From assembly GCA_951406725.2 (NCBI GenBank), contig OX597815.1, positions 82,274,001-82,338,000 on the forward strand: a stretch of DNA of 64,000 nt, in the 5' to 3' direction. Numbering within the stretch: position 1 is the first letter of the stretch; each line of letters begins with the position of its first letter. Of the stretch, positions 42,066 to 55,255 are shown in pieces. The stretch comes from Octopus vulgaris (Eukaryota). Under the pieces are notes generated by a model. That model had not been told where the DNA came from. It did no database searches and worked only from the letters and a program-made list of their open reading frames with translations. The position numbers and the translations under genes were made by a program.

Positions 42066-42613
42066 AAAAAAAAGGAACTTCATTATGGCATGTATAGACT
42101 GCAGGAAAGCGTTTGATTGTGTCCCACATAATTAGCTACGCAAGGCCCTTGAGATATAAAAGATCTCTCCTGTCGTCTCCCAATTCTTACAAGATAGTAT
42201 GGCCAAGCAGAATACACGTCCCCTACTCTTTCGCATGGCACAGATCCCACTTTCAAACAAACTGAGTAACACCAGGTATGGGTTCAATATGTATAATATT
42301 ATAGTAAACTATCTGTTTTATATGGACGATCTGAAGTTATTTGCTAGAAATGACGAAGAACTAGTAGAGCTGTTAACAACTGTTAAAGAGTTCAGTAATG
42401 ACATCGGGATGGATTTTGGTCTTGATAAGTGTGCCAAAGCAACTGTTGTAAGACGCAAGCTCAAACAAACAGCTTCCATTATAAATTAGATGCCGGCACT
42501 ACCACCAAGGAGCTTGACCCACAAGAAAGCTATAAATACCTGGGGATAGACGAAGGAGATGGTATACAACATGCTATAGTGAAAGAAAAAAATAAGAAAG
42601 GAGTATTGTCTCG
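42066..42613 (+). pseudogene. R4/Dong-like non-LTR reverse transcriptase fragment
   Basis: MACIDCRKAFDCVPH, LFYMDDLKLFA, FSNDIGMDFGLDKCAK and ESYKYLGI; the QGD motif has been removed by an internal deletion. Confidence 0.8.
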
Positions 42614-42649
42614 GTAAGTAATTGTAACAAACATGCCGATTAAAAGTAA

Positions 42650-42658
42650 ATAATAATG

Positions 42659-42722
<64 letters not shown>

Positions 42723-42912
42723 TAATAATAATAATAATAGTTGTTGTTATAGATGTTATCGCAGTAGTACATTTCTTGTTCTTGTTCTTCTTGTTCTTGT
42801 TCTTCTTTTTCTTGTTCTTGTTCTTGTTCTTCTTGTTCGTGTTTTTGTTGTTGTTGTTGTTGTTGTTCTTCTTCTTCTTCTTCTTCTTCTTCTTCTTCGT
42901 CTTCGTCTTCTT

Positions 42913-42943
<31 letters not shown>

Positions 42944-43010
42944 TTATTATTATTATTAGTAGTAGTAGTACTAGTAGTAGTGGTGGTGGTTATAGTAGTA
43001 GTAGTAGTAA
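42650..43010. repeat. Compound microsatellite (AAT, TTC/TTG, TAG)
   Basis: Seen directly. Confidence 0.95.
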
Positions 43011-44547
43011 AATCCTTTCACATCAGCAGCAATCTTACCTAATTCCTAATATTTTAAGGATGTGACATTGGAAATAATTCTATATTTGGCACACGGCCAG
43101 AAATCTCGGAGGATGGTTGCAGACGATTTTATCAGTTAGAGTATTTACATTACACGGGCTGCTAGACCTGCTAGAAGTAGCACGTACATATCCTTGAAAT
43201 GAAACGCCACAGTCCTAAACAGATGCAACACACATTGGATAATGTAATTCTAGATGCACTCTAATTACGGATTGGTCGGAAGTGATCCTGGGTGACAAAA
43301 AGAAATATAACAATAACTGGTACTTAATATTATCTGTTCCGGAAAGAGGAAAAGAATAGCTAACCCAGTCAGCATTTGAAATTTGGATAAACGCAGAGAG
43401 AGCGAGAGGGAGAGAGAGAGAGAGAGATAGAAAGAGAGGGATGAGGAATGGTAATAATCAAATAAAGCAAAAAAATAAAATAAAAACGTTGACCCAATGA
43501 GGACACGTCAAAGTGGGTTTTTTTTTAAATTGCTTAATCTAAGAAAAGGCAGCACTTATGACTGTTCTCAAGGTTTCTGAGGCTGTTGGGAGGAAGAGAG
43601 GAGTTATTCTTAGATCTGTAACTTGGTTTAAACGTGGGAAGAGAGTGGGCTCCGCTAAAGGTACCCGAGGTGCAGGTGACAGCGCCTAACCGCCCAAGTA
43701 AAAAAATGATCTTTCCAAACAGGCTTTCTCATAGTCTCTCTGTACTAAATTTTACTTACAAGACTATGCTCGGACGAAAACTTGAGTAGATGATACTTTC
43801 CTAAAGTACTGCGCTGAGAGATCAAACCTGAAAGAACGCAACTGAGAAACTTAATCAAACAAGCAACATGTCAAACCACTCTAAAATCATACGCTATTGT
43901 TTTTAAAAGGGCTTATGATATAATATAATTGTATATAGGTGGCGTATTGGTGGAGGTTTTCGAGTATCCAACAAAATATCCCACAGTTCTTGGAGTTATG
44001 GCAATCTATACTATGAATTCAAATCATGCAAATATACTTTATTTTCCACAATTTTGAGGTCGACCAGGGAAACTGAGTGCGGTGACAAAATATCCTGTAT
44101 TTATTTCAATTTTACATCCTGCGTTGAAACTTCATCTAGGAATTCAAAGGTCTCTGATATCCATTGAGAAGGCGACAAATCTCATCATATCAACCTCTAA
44201 CCCTGGTATCTCAGACTGCAGTACCGAGATTCAACGAATCTGTCCACCGACTAAATCATAGTGGAACTCTGAATTCAGAAATCACCCTGTGTGTTTGTTA
44301 TTATTATTTTTTTGCCACACAAATCAAAGTCAACTTTTAGAAAGCTAAGAAACACTCATTAACAGGACACCGATGATGACGAGACCTAAGATACTCAACT
44401 AAGTCGAAATGTTTTCAGCCGGAAAGCCTTCGACATAAGTTTGTTCGATCAGGGTTGATCTAAAGCTAAACCGTGCAGGGATTTCGGAAGAATGATACAC
44501 CATGGCTACTCCCACTGCCAGCTATTATATCTATATTAACTTGTCGT

Positions 44548-44780
44548 AAGGCGGCGAGCTGGCAGGAACGTTAGCACGCCGGGCGAAATGCGTAGCCGTA
44601 TTTCGTCTGCCGTTACGTTCTGAGTTCAAATTCCGCCGAGGTCGACTTTGCCTTTCATCCTTTCGGGGTCGATAAATTAAGTACCAGTTACGCACTGGGA
44701 TCGATGTAATCGACTTAATCCGTTTGTCTGTCCTTGTTTGACCCCTCTGTGTTTAACCCCTTGTGGGTAGTAAAGAAATA
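44548..44780 (+). mobile_element. SINE family C, full length with TSD
   Basis: 16-bp TSD TATATTAACTTGT(C/T)GT at 44532-44547 and 44781-44796. Confidence 0.92.
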
Positions 44781-44954
44781 TATATTAACTTGTTGTTCAT
44801 CGTCACTGCATATTCTCCTGCAACACTCCGGTTCTCAATTTCGTTTTGTTACATACCACCTCAGCATCCATGTTCAACAATCACTTCCTCCGCATTCAGA
44901 GGTCAAGTAGAGATTGTGATGCTAAAGTGATAGTGCTAGTAATAGTAATAGTAA

Positions 44955-45242
44955 AGGTGCGTGGCTTAGTGGTAAGGATATTCGGTTCTGAATCGTGAGT
45001 TCGATACCTAACGTCGCCTTGTGTGATTGAGCAAGACGCTTTTTTACGGTAATCAGGCCCACTCAGTTGTACCTGTAATTTCAAAGGTGCAGTCTTGTTA
45101 CGCTGAATCTCGCTGAAAACTACGCTAAGGGTATGCGTGTCTGTGGAGTGCTCAGCCAGTTGTACGTTAATTTCACGAGCAGTTTGTGCTGCTGATCGGA
45201 TCAACTAGAACACGCATCGTCGTAACCAAAGGAGCGTCTTCC
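44955..45242 (+). mobile_element. SINE family B variant (different tRNA head, same 3' body)
   Basis: Head GGTGCGTGGCTTAGTGG...GAGTTCGATACC; the body GTGTCTGTGGAGTGCTCAGCC...CGTCGTAACC matches 38990-39100. Confidence 0.75.
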
Positions 45243-45864
45243 TCATAGTAGTGTGTAGTAGCGATATGCTAAGAACGGTAAGTGGTGGTGTAGTAGGTAT
45301 TAGTGGCTGTAGTAGGAATAATAGCAATAAATGGGAGTAGTGGCGAGGATGGCAGAAGTGGTAGCAGTAGATAGAGACTTGAGTGGAAAAATGCCTTTAC
45401 AATATGTTCCACTTTCACAAACATTTAGAAACAGGTGCTTACTGTCAGTGCGCGCACGAACACACACACGTGCGCGCACACCACACACACCCGTATGTGT
45501 GTATCTGTGTTACTGTGAGAGTGTTGGGGTGCGCGTATGGATATCCTTGAGTACTTACTGCTATAGTAGGTGAAGTGTGATGGCGGTGCTGTAAGTTAAG
45601 GTAGGACAGTTTCAGTGTAATGGTAGTTGTCTTCAGTTGTGGTTGTTGGCGAGGGTGCTGATGATTTTTGAATGTATGAGTGGTAGCAATAGTAACATCA
45701 GTAGGAGTGGTTCTATAACTGGAAGAAGATTCATGGCAGTCCCAGGTTGAAGTGTAGCGGTGTAAATGATGATCATAGTAACGGTATTTTAAATTTGTTT
45801 CATCACTGTGTTATTTTGATAGAATAGACCGCCATCAAATAGACATCTTTTTTTTTTATCATGT

Positions 45865-46075
45865 ATCTTTTACTTGTTTCAGGCATTAAACTACGGCCAT
45901 GCTGGAACACCGCCTTGAAATTTTTAGTCGAAAGTATCTACCCCAGTACTTATTTTCATTAAGCGTAGTAATCTATCGAACTGTTTTGCTGAATCACTAA
46001 GTTACGCGGACATAAACAAACCAACACCAGTTTTCAAGCAGTAGTGAGGGGCAAACACAGATACAAAGACCCCAA
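45865..46075 (-). mobile_element. SINE family A, 3' half
   Basis: CTTTTACTTGTTTCAG...GGCCATGCTGGAACACCGCC; it ends at the (TA)n where the Penelope begins. Confidence 0.75.
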
Positions 46076-46076
46076 C

Positions 46077-46121
<45 letters not shown>

Positions 46122-46126
<5 letters not shown>

Positions 46127-47600
46127 CGACCGTGTCCTTGCCCCCCTAGTGGCATCTCTTCCCTCCCACATCCACGATACCAACCATGCTCTCCGGCTTT
46201 TCAACTCTTTCTCCTTTCCTCCCGGCTCCTCCAAAATCCTTTTTACTATGGACATCCAAAGCCTCTATACTGTTATCCCTCACCACGAAGGACTGCAGGC
46301 CCTTCAACACTTTCTTGACCTCCGCTCCAACCCTGAACCTGACACCTCCACACTCATTCGTCTGGCCGAACTTGTCCTTACTCTGAACTGCTTCTCGTTC
46401 ACGGGCGAGTTCTACCATCAGGTCTCGGGAGTGGCCATGGGAACGCGAATGGGCCCCAACTATGCGAACCTGTTCGTTGGCTATGTTGAGGCCCAAATAT
46501 TCTCTAATTTCACTGGTCCCACTGCTGAACTATATGGTCGTTACATTGACGACATTATCGGTGCCACCTCACTCTCCCGTGAACATCTAGATTCCTTCCT
46601 CTCTTTCGTCCTATATTTCCATCCAGCCCTCCACTTCACTTCCACTATCTCCAACACCTCTGTCTCCTTCCTCGACATTTCGGTTAGCATTCTTCACTCC
46701 ACTCTTACCACCTCCATTCACTACAAACACACAGACTGACACTCATACCTCAACTTCTCTTCCTTCCACCCAGAACACACCAAGCTTTCCATCCCCTATT
46801 CCCAATTCCTCCGTCTACGTAGGCTCTGTAGTGACGACCACGACTTTGCGAATCAGTCTCAACGTATGGCTCACCACTTCACCCTACGTGGATACCACCT
46901 CACCACTATCCACACCGCCCTTGCCAGAGCACTGTCCGTGGACCGTGTATCTGCTCTCTCTCCCCGAACCCGCCCTGTAGTCTCCCGCCTCCCTTTTCCC
47001 CTCACTTACCACCCCACGACCCTACCTCTCCAACGCACCATTCTTCGAGCTTTCCGTCATCTCCAGTCCGACCCGTCCACTTCACACCTCTTCCCTAACC
47101 GACCCCTCCCCTCTTTCAAACGAGCCCACAACCTTCGAGACCTTTTGGTCTATAGCTCCTTCCCTGACCCTACCTCCCAACCCGGCTCGGTCCCCTGCTC
47201 CCGCCCACGTTGCCGCACTTGCCCTTATCTCTCCAACACCACCCTCCTCACTAGAACCCATCATCGACCCTATCGCATCATCAACTCCTTCACCAGCACC
47301 TCCAGCAATATTATCTATTGCGTCTCTTGCTCTCTCTGCCATTCCTTGTACATCGGACAAACGGGACGCCGCTTGGCTGACCGGTTCGCGGAACACCTTC
47401 GTGACATCCACCTTGCGAACGACACACCGGTCTCACGCTATTTCCGCTCCACCGGTCACTCCTTGCAACACCTGTCTGTGTTCGGTTTGTCCTTACACAG
47501 AGGCCATCCGGATTCCCGTTTGCGCCGTGAACAGGAATTAATCTTCTCTCTTCGCTCTTATACGCCATTTGGTCTCAACTCTCCCCCCCTCCTCATCTAA
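46122..47600 (+). pseudogene. Penelope RT-GIY-YIG ORF with one in-frame stop
   Basis: MDIQSLYT, GVAMGTRMGPNYAN, RYIDD, FLD, CSRPRCRTC and NIIYCVSC...LYIGQT...RFAEH. The two tracked ORFs share one frame and are separated by TGA 46737-46739. Confidence 0.93.
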
Positions 47601-48045
47601 CCCCCTCCCCCTCCTCACCTACCTCCCCCGACCCCTACTTCTCTTCAGTCCTTCATCCTTTCACCCCTACTCCCCTTCCCTTCTTCCCTCTTTCTCCCTC
47701 TTTCTCCCTTCTTCCCTCTTTCTCCCTCCCTCCTTCCCTCTTCCCCTTCCCTCTGCTCCCTCACTCCCCTTCTCTCTCCCCCTCTCCATCTTTCCTCCTT
47801 CCTCCTCCCCTTCCTTCTCCCCTCCTATCTCCCCTCCCCTCCCCTCCCCCTCCCCTCCCCCTCCCCTCCCCTCCCCTCCCCTCCCCTCCCCCTATTCTCC
47901 ACCATCCTCTTCCCCTCCCCCTCTTCTCCCCCATCCTCTTCCCCCTCCCCTCTTCTCCTCTCTCCACACTACACCACACGACTTTACACATCACATCATA
48001 TATACATACACACATCCAGACCTCTCATACGCACTAATACTCTCT

Positions 48046-48102
<57 letters not shown>

Positions 48103-48270
48103 CCTTATGTTGGAGTAGGTCATTCAACCCTATTATCTCCCCTAATTTCGCTCTCGCGTCTCATGTTTGATCTTTGACTTCTGGCCGAAATCAGATCGCC
48201 ATGTTGATTCGTTAGTTACTGCACGCATATTTTTTTCTCTCCTTCTTTCTGTGTTTTTTTCTCTGTGTAT

Positions 48271-48306
48271 CTTTCTGTTGAAGAGCGTAGGCTCGAAACG
48301 TTAAAG
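48271..48306 (+). ncRNA. Penelope minimal hammerhead ribozyme, variant core
   Basis: CTTT CTGTTGA A GAGC-GTAG-GCTC GAAA CG TT AAAG: stem I CTTT/AAAG, a 4-bp stem II and a palindromic AACGTT stem III. Confidence 0.7.
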
Positions 48307-48433
48307 ACTTGTTTTATTTATATTTCCTGAGCGCCATACTAATACAATTGTTTGTTTGTTTTCCACCTGCCTTCGTCTTTTGTCTATTTTCATAAAGCTT
48401 CCCGTTATATATATATATATATACATACATACT

Positions 48434-48495
<62 letters not shown>

Positions 48496-48614
48496 CATAC
48501 ATACATACCTACATATATATATATATATATATACAAACATACATACATACATACATACATACATACATACATGCATATATATATACATATATATATATAT
48601 ATGTATATACATAC

Positions 48615-48678
<64 letters not shown>

Positions 48679-48719
48679 GTGAGAGGGGTACAGTGAACTT
48701 GCCGCGAGGAGTGGAATAT

Positions 48720-48750
48720 CCAACGTTTCGGGTTCAATCCTTCGTCAGGG
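48720..48750 (-). ncRNA. Penelope minimal hammerhead ribozyme, canonical core
   Basis: The minus strand reads CC CTGACGA A GG-ATTGAAC-CC GAAA CG TT GG. Confidence 0.75.
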
Positions 48751-49204
48751 GGTAGAGAAAAAGAGATGTCAAACAGAGTGTACATTCTCTCAGTTTCAAA
48801 AATTGGCTGCATCTGATAATGGACGCAGAATTACACGGGCTGCTGACGTGAAACAGAAGTTATAGGTGAGGGCGTGCAGAAAGGAGAAGGAAAAAGGTGC
48901 TGGAGAGAGTAGAGGTAAGTAAATATGGGAATGTTGCAGAGAGAGTGTGGAAGGACAATTAAAAAGAACTAAGATGAGATGAAAGGAAAACGTTGCTCCT
49001 TTCGTTTCCAAGAGAAGTGGGGTCCGTGGTGGAAGGCCATGCCACAAACTGTTAAATTTGCAATAGAATGATTTACAGTGTTGAAGTGGATGGCGACAGA
49101 TTGGCCTGGCATACGTAGCATTATACTTCTGATGTGTTCGCGAAAGCGATCTCCATGGTGTCGTCCTGTTTCTCCAAGGTAAAGAGTACCGTAGAGTTTT
49201 GCAT

Positions 49205-49561
49205 TGGAAGCACTCCGTCGGTTACGACGACGAGGGCTCCGGTTGATCCGAATCAACGGAACAGCCTGCTCGTGAAATTAACGTGTAAGTGGCTGAGCAG
49301 ACACGTGTACTCTTAACGTAGTTCTCGGGGATATTCAGCATGACACAGAGAAATACAGGTACAACAGAAACAGGAAGTAAGAGTGAGAGAAAGTTGTGGT
49401 GAAAGAGTACAGCAGGGATCACCACCATCCCCTGCCGGAGCATCGTGGAGCTTTAGGTGTTTTCGCTCAATAAACACTCACAACGCCCGGTCTGGGAATC
49501 GAAACCGCGATCCTATGACCGCGAGTCCGCTGCCCTAACCACTGGGCCATTGCGCCTCCAC
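49205..49561 (-). mobile_element. SINE family B with TSD
   Basis: Reverse-complement homolog of 38721-39108, with a 13-bp TSD TAGAGTTTTGCAT at 49192-49204 and 49562-49574. Confidence 0.93.
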
Positions 49562-50014
49562 TAGAGTTTTGCATATGATGTAATATATAAGATTCGCCGA
49601 AGTACAACAAGAGTGGTGTGTTATGTGGCATTACTTCTTGGACCCCCTGATGGTGGTATTTATTGTAGGTTGAGTATCCACATTAGTGACTTATATTTTG
49701 TTTGTAGGGCTCAGTAACAAGAAACTAAAGTAGATTTAGCTTTTACTTGTTTCAGTTCATTGGTAGCACCACATTGAAGAGCTTTTGTTGAAAGATTCGA
49801 AGTTAGCACATTTGTTTGTCTTTGTTTTTTGAGCACGATAACTTATTACATCTTTCGTTTTTGCCGAACAGCTAAGTTATGGTGATGTAAATGCAACAAC
49901 ACAAGCGGTGGGTGAAGGATGTAAGGGGAACAAACACAATCGCAAAGATACACTTATACATACGCACATTCTTCTTACCACGCAGCTACACCTGCGTATG
50001 TATGTGTATGTATG

Positions 50015-50074
<60 letters not shown>

Positions 50075-50088
<14 letters not shown>

Positions 50089-50443
50089 CGGCAGTTTGTC
50101 TGTGCGTGTTTCTGTGTGTCTGTTTGCTTGTACCCTCACCCTGACCACGGCTTTCAACCGATTCTGATGAAACTTGACACACACATAGCCCAATGTCATA
50201 ATTCAAAACTAATGCAGCGAAAATTTTGAAAAGTTCCCCCAGTTCTGAAAAAAATCGATAAAATCGACATGGGGTCGAGAATCAGAAACAAACCACAGAC
50301 TGTCTAGGGGACGCAACTCAACCTTTTTTAACTCAAAAAAAAATTTACCATCATTTTTTTGCTATTTTTTGGCTATAACTCTCTAAAAATGCTTTATAGT
50401 TATTTCCCTTACAAACCTGAGCAACGCCGGGCGATACTGCTAG
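50075..50443 (+). mobile_element. Non-autonomous Helitron
   Basis: The 3' end CCTGAGCAACGCCGGGCGATACTGCTAG|T is near-identical to that of the 24513 copy; the 5' end TATATAAAAA merges into (TA)n. Confidence 0.82.
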
Positions 50444-50454
50444 TAGATATATAT

Positions 50455-51155
50455 AGCGGCGTACGTACACACTTTGGTTTCCTATATGTAAGTATGTATT
50501 TATCAGAATCTTGTACGACTCTATTCTTCCTTTCTATCAGCCCTTTCACGCATATTCGTTCATTCCACACTTCGTTCTTTCGTTCCCCCTCTCTCACATT
50601 TCCTTGCCTTCTCTTCTTCCTCACTTTCCCTCCTCTTTTCACTTCACTGTGTCCCTGGCATTTTTTTCTCGCCCTTCCTTTATTCTTCTGTCCCTCTGCC
50701 TCTACACCCTGTTTTCTCTCCCAACGTGACCGGGGTTCGGCCAAGCCTGATCTTTCTTTCTTGGTTCGGCCGTCGTCCGTGCAAAATCTATAGTCCTCCC
50801 CGTGCTTGCGAAATCTAGTTTCTCTGCCGTAAGGCTTTATTGCCACACACGTATCTTAATTTAATTCGTCCTTAGTCAAAAGACACCTGTTGTTATGTCC
50901 TGTTATTTGTATTTGTGTAACATTCTCCGTTTTTTTCCCGTCCTTGTTTTCGTATACAGTTGCTGCTTCCTTCCAAGGAATCTAATGCTCTTAGCTTAGT
51001 TTTTCCTTGGGGGTGGCCAGATTGAAGCAATCTCGAGTATAACCAGCCGAAATTGCAAAGATAATCTGGAACTTGACTGAGGAAAGAAAACTTCGAATGA
51101 CCCGTCCTTGCTTTTTTTGTATCATCAATCTGGATGTTCTGCTTTCTTGTCCCAT
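50455..51155 (+). mobile_element. Dispersed repeat resembling a Penelope 3' region/pLTR
   Basis: Pyrimidine-rich, homologous to 11113-11355, and ends TCCCATTA-(TA)n like the Penelope end TCCCGTTA-(TA)n at 48400. Confidence 0.55.
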
Positions 51156-51194
<39 letters not shown>

Positions 51195-51199
51195 CATAT

Positions 51200-51236
<37 letters not shown>

Positions 51237-51242
51237 TATATC

Positions 51243-51273
<31 letters not shown>

Positions 51274-51304
51274 TATATCTACATATACATATATATATAT
51301 ATAC

Positions 51305-51335
<31 letters not shown>

Positions 51336-51351
51336 CATACATATATATATG

Positions 51352-51418
<67 letters not shown>

Positions 51419-53695
51419 AGAGACTCCACACGCGCGCCAACGCGCACACACACACACACACATATATATATATGTGTGTGGACAAATACAAGGCACATAC
51501 ACATGCGTAGATAAGTAGAGCCAATGTGTGTACGCGCATGCTCGTGTGTATGTGTGTGAGTGTGTGTGTTTGAGTACGTGCGTGCGCATGAGTTTGTGAG
51601 AGAGAGAGAGAGTGAGAGAGAGTGAGAGTGAGAGAGAGAGAGGAGGGGAGAGAGAGAATGGCGGAAATAGAACTGAAAGTGTGTGCTGTCAGCCCTCTCC
51701 GGCAGAGACGTGAGAATTGTTGAAAGGGGCGTTTTTATGTGAATATATTTCTAAACAGGTGTTAGGTTCATTGTTTCACGAAGTGTTCGTGTGTACGTTC
51801 GCTTGAACATGAGTAAGTGAGGCTGTGTGCGCGCGCACATGTTTGTGTGATTTGTGCGTGTGTGTGTGTGTGTGCGCGCGTTAGAGAGTGTACAGGCATA
51901 TGTTTGTGTGATGTATATATGCGAATGAGCGTGCTTGCGTACGTGTGTATGAGCGTAGTTATTGTATGTGTGAGCGCGAGCACATTGTCATTGCGTACTC
52001 GAGTCTGAGACTGTGTGAATGAATGTCTTGGCATGCGCGTATTTTTACGTATACTTGTTAACATATGTATGTATATATGTATGTATGTATGTGTGTATGT
52101 ATGTATGTATGTTTGTATGTATGTATATATATATATATATATATGTATGATCGACTCTTTGTGTGTGTTTGTGTGTATGTGTGCGTGCGCATGCGTGAGA
52201 GTATGACCTGTTCAGTAGAATAATGTGGTATAGAACAAGTGAAGTATCTGCTAGACGCCAATGGTTTCGTGAACAGTAGTGGTAAGTTATACGTTGTTAT
52301 TCGATGTCTCTCGTTTCTGAGTTTAATTCACCGTAGAAATCTCTAAAGCCGTACAATAAAATATGCACTGTTATTACAAATATGTGAAAGTAGATCTCGT
52401 ACACGTACACCACACTATAATTCTCTTTCCTCATGTTAGTAAGACGATCCTGTACAACATATAAGTATTTTAGTTCGTCACGGCTATCCGCAGTAACAAA
52501 AATATCACACCACCAATAATAATATTAATAATGTCTTCTTATTTAAGCGCAAAGCCAATAATTTTGATAGGAGGGGTATATTGATACCATCGATCTCAGT
52601 ACTTGATTTTATATCTTCGGAAAGGCTAAAAGGCAAAGCTGATCTCATCAGGATCTGAACTCAAAAATTCAGAATGTCAAACGAAATAGCATGATGCAAT
52701 TTTTTTACTTGCCGAATCTCTAAAGATTCTACCAGGTCGCCGCCTTTAATTCAGAGGAATATTTTTTCTGTTTTTTTTATTTATATTTGAACTTCTGTTT
52801 ATGTGTTTCATTTGTTTATTTTTCATGTAAACAAATTGTGTTTCAACAATCGTCCTGCATATTTTAAGAATGAAAAAGTTTGAAAATATATTAGCAATAA
52901 ACATTAATGTGTTGCTGATGTATTCTTATGATTTGTTTTCTTTACATAAACGGAATGCTACGCATATTATAGCTGTTGTAGTTGATTGAACTTATCTCAA
53001 TGCTTCACTGGTGTTTAATGCACCAAAGTGTATCGTTATTAGTAGCAATTACACTTAATACTGATTACTAACACGGAAACAAGAGCAACTAGTTTACAGG
53101 AGGTTAATAAACCATCATATCGGCGCTGGTCTTTAACTAGTACTTATTTCGTCCATTCAAGTGTAACGAACTGCAACATCGACCCGTAACTAAATACCAT
53201 AGTAAGGAATCCTCTGCGGCTACGAAAATACATTGCATTAATAGCTAAAACCACTGAAATTTTCTAAAAGCTCGTATAAAAAAAAAGAAAAAAAAAAAAA
53301 CCAAAACTAATTTAACATAATTATATTCAACACTTGCGTAAGATGTGAACAAATTTATGTTAGCCATAATGCATATCTTGAGTTATCAATCATAAAACAG
53401 AATAAATCGGAGTTAAGATGTCACACCATTATTATAACTAATTAGCATTTAGCGTTTAAGCATTTGTTTTCTGCTTTCGAAAAACCTCACTTGCATGCAT
53501 TTATTCTGTCTTATTAGGTACTGTTATTGGTGATGAATAGTCAGAGTGAATTTAATTATTGTTTAGGCTGGTTGTCGGTGTTGTCATTATAAATTAAGTG
53601 CAAAAATGTTGAATGCTCGCAACGTTTACGGTTCAGTTTCCAATTGTTTATTTCACATTAAAATCGCAATGTACGTACAATACACTTTTTCTGCA

Positions 53696-55255
53696 ATGGC
53701 TAGTACTAGCAGAAAAAAAAAAGTGCCGACAAAAGTTCTTCGTTGATGACAAATGGGCTCCGATATTTACATTTACACAGATGTAATTACAAACTGTAGC
53801 GTATTTGTAAAAATTCGGTTGCAGTTTATACAAAGTACAAATCGCCAACGAAATAATGAAATGCGAAACCCTTAAAGGGACTCCGCGTTAGACAATCTAG
53901 CAATTTACAAAAGACGTTTTATGAAAACAACAATCTATTTCGTAAAGATACAGTAATGAAAGTATCTCTGAACGCAAGCAAGCTATAGCTTGTGCCAGTT
54001 AATTGTAAAGGAAGTAAAACTCCATATGAAAGCTAGAGGTGTACAGTGGTTGTTGTGCAAATCTTAACTTCAGTAAATCTCAGATCATTTGAAACTATTA
54101 GCTTATGATGAAGGTTAGTTTTTTATCATTGCAAGGCCTGGCTAACTATAACCAAGACTCTTTGAAATAAGCAGTCTCAGAATTTGTGCTGTTTTCAGTT
54201 GTTGTAGATGCGATAGCAGGTATAGTAAATATAGCACCGTTGGCTATATGTGTACGTGGGAAAACGACAACATTAAGAAAAACACAAAGATTTGCTTGCT
54301 TTATTGTGTAACGTTTTTCTGGGGTCAAATCAGCGCAAGCAGTTTCAGCTAAGCAGTTTCAGCTAAGCAGCATAATTACAGATGGTTTCTATGTTAGGAT
54401 CTAAAAGAGGACTTGTTGCTTATTCAAGCAAGAATCAGAGACTAGTCAATCAATTTATAGTATGTAATCGTCATATTCAACAGCACAATTTTTGCCCATT
54501 CTCTTCTAATGAACCATATGAGGAAAGTGGTAACAAAATAAATTAACGTCATAAAAAATATTTAAATACGACAAATGATTGTACCATCATGAAGTTTGCA
54601 AATTAAGCAAAAGGTTGCATCTTCAAACACTTCAAAGAGTTTAAATACCCACTGAGACCTGTGCATATTAAATTAAATCCCATTGAAAGTATTAACTACT
54701 TAAATTATATAAATTTGAAAATGCAACGTTCCAATTAGCTTGTTTCTACTCTTGTTAATATCAAAAGCTTTGAATCAATGACACAATTATTCGTAAGTCA
54801 ACTGTAAAACTCTACTGCATAGTAAAGTTTCTGAAATAAGGCACACAAAACAGGTCCGATGGTGGTGTATGTAAAAGAATATTTCGTTCGTTTACATCAA
54901 TTTCGAAAGATTGCAACATTTACAAAATCATGAGCCCGAATTATGGATATATGAAAATCCTTTTGATGGTATGCAAGGTTCAGCTCCTGCATCCTTGCAT
55001 TAGTTGATACTTTAATATCCAAATTTAACAGTTTATTGAAAAATATCTATTTTTCAGGATACGGGTATTTAAAAGTTGCATCACTGTTTTGTACCATGTA
55101 ATGGATTTTCTCAATGTCAAATTTAACCAAGAAGTAATTGCGTGCTAGTCTCAGTGATAATAATCTTGCAAACTAATTAAAAATTGCCGCATCATCAGTC
55201 TCATATAGCATTTCTGAGGTTTCTAAAGGAAAGCAAAAACCAACCATCTCATTAA
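53696..55255 (+). pseudogene. hAT (Buster/SPIN/Charlie-like) transposase fossil
   Basis: Ordered remnants: MASTSRKKK, CKNSVAVYTKY, ASYSLCQLIVK, ITDG..MLGSKRGLVA, NPFD, WIFSMSNLTK..RASLSDNNL..LKIA and terminal QPSH*. Confidence 0.75.

Larger units (their letters stand above)
46122..48407 (+). mobile_element. Penelope-like element, 5'-truncated, with 3' pseudo-LTR
   Basis: RT plus GIY-YIG ORF, a C-rich 3' region and a pLTR with hammerhead; flanked by (TA)n on both sides. Confidence 0.93.
48676..49700 (-). mobile_element. Second Penelope-like 3' fragment (GIY-YIG plus pLTR), interrupted by a SINE
   Basis: CTSANLIYYIICK joins across the SINE to LYGTLYLGETGRHHGDRFREH...HFN. Confidence 0.85.

Noticed and set aside
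47569-48177. Pro/Ser-rich 202-aa ORF (and 14646-15320)
   Set aside because: This is the C-rich low-complexity 3' region of the Penelope copies, and the peptide is not conserved between the two copies.
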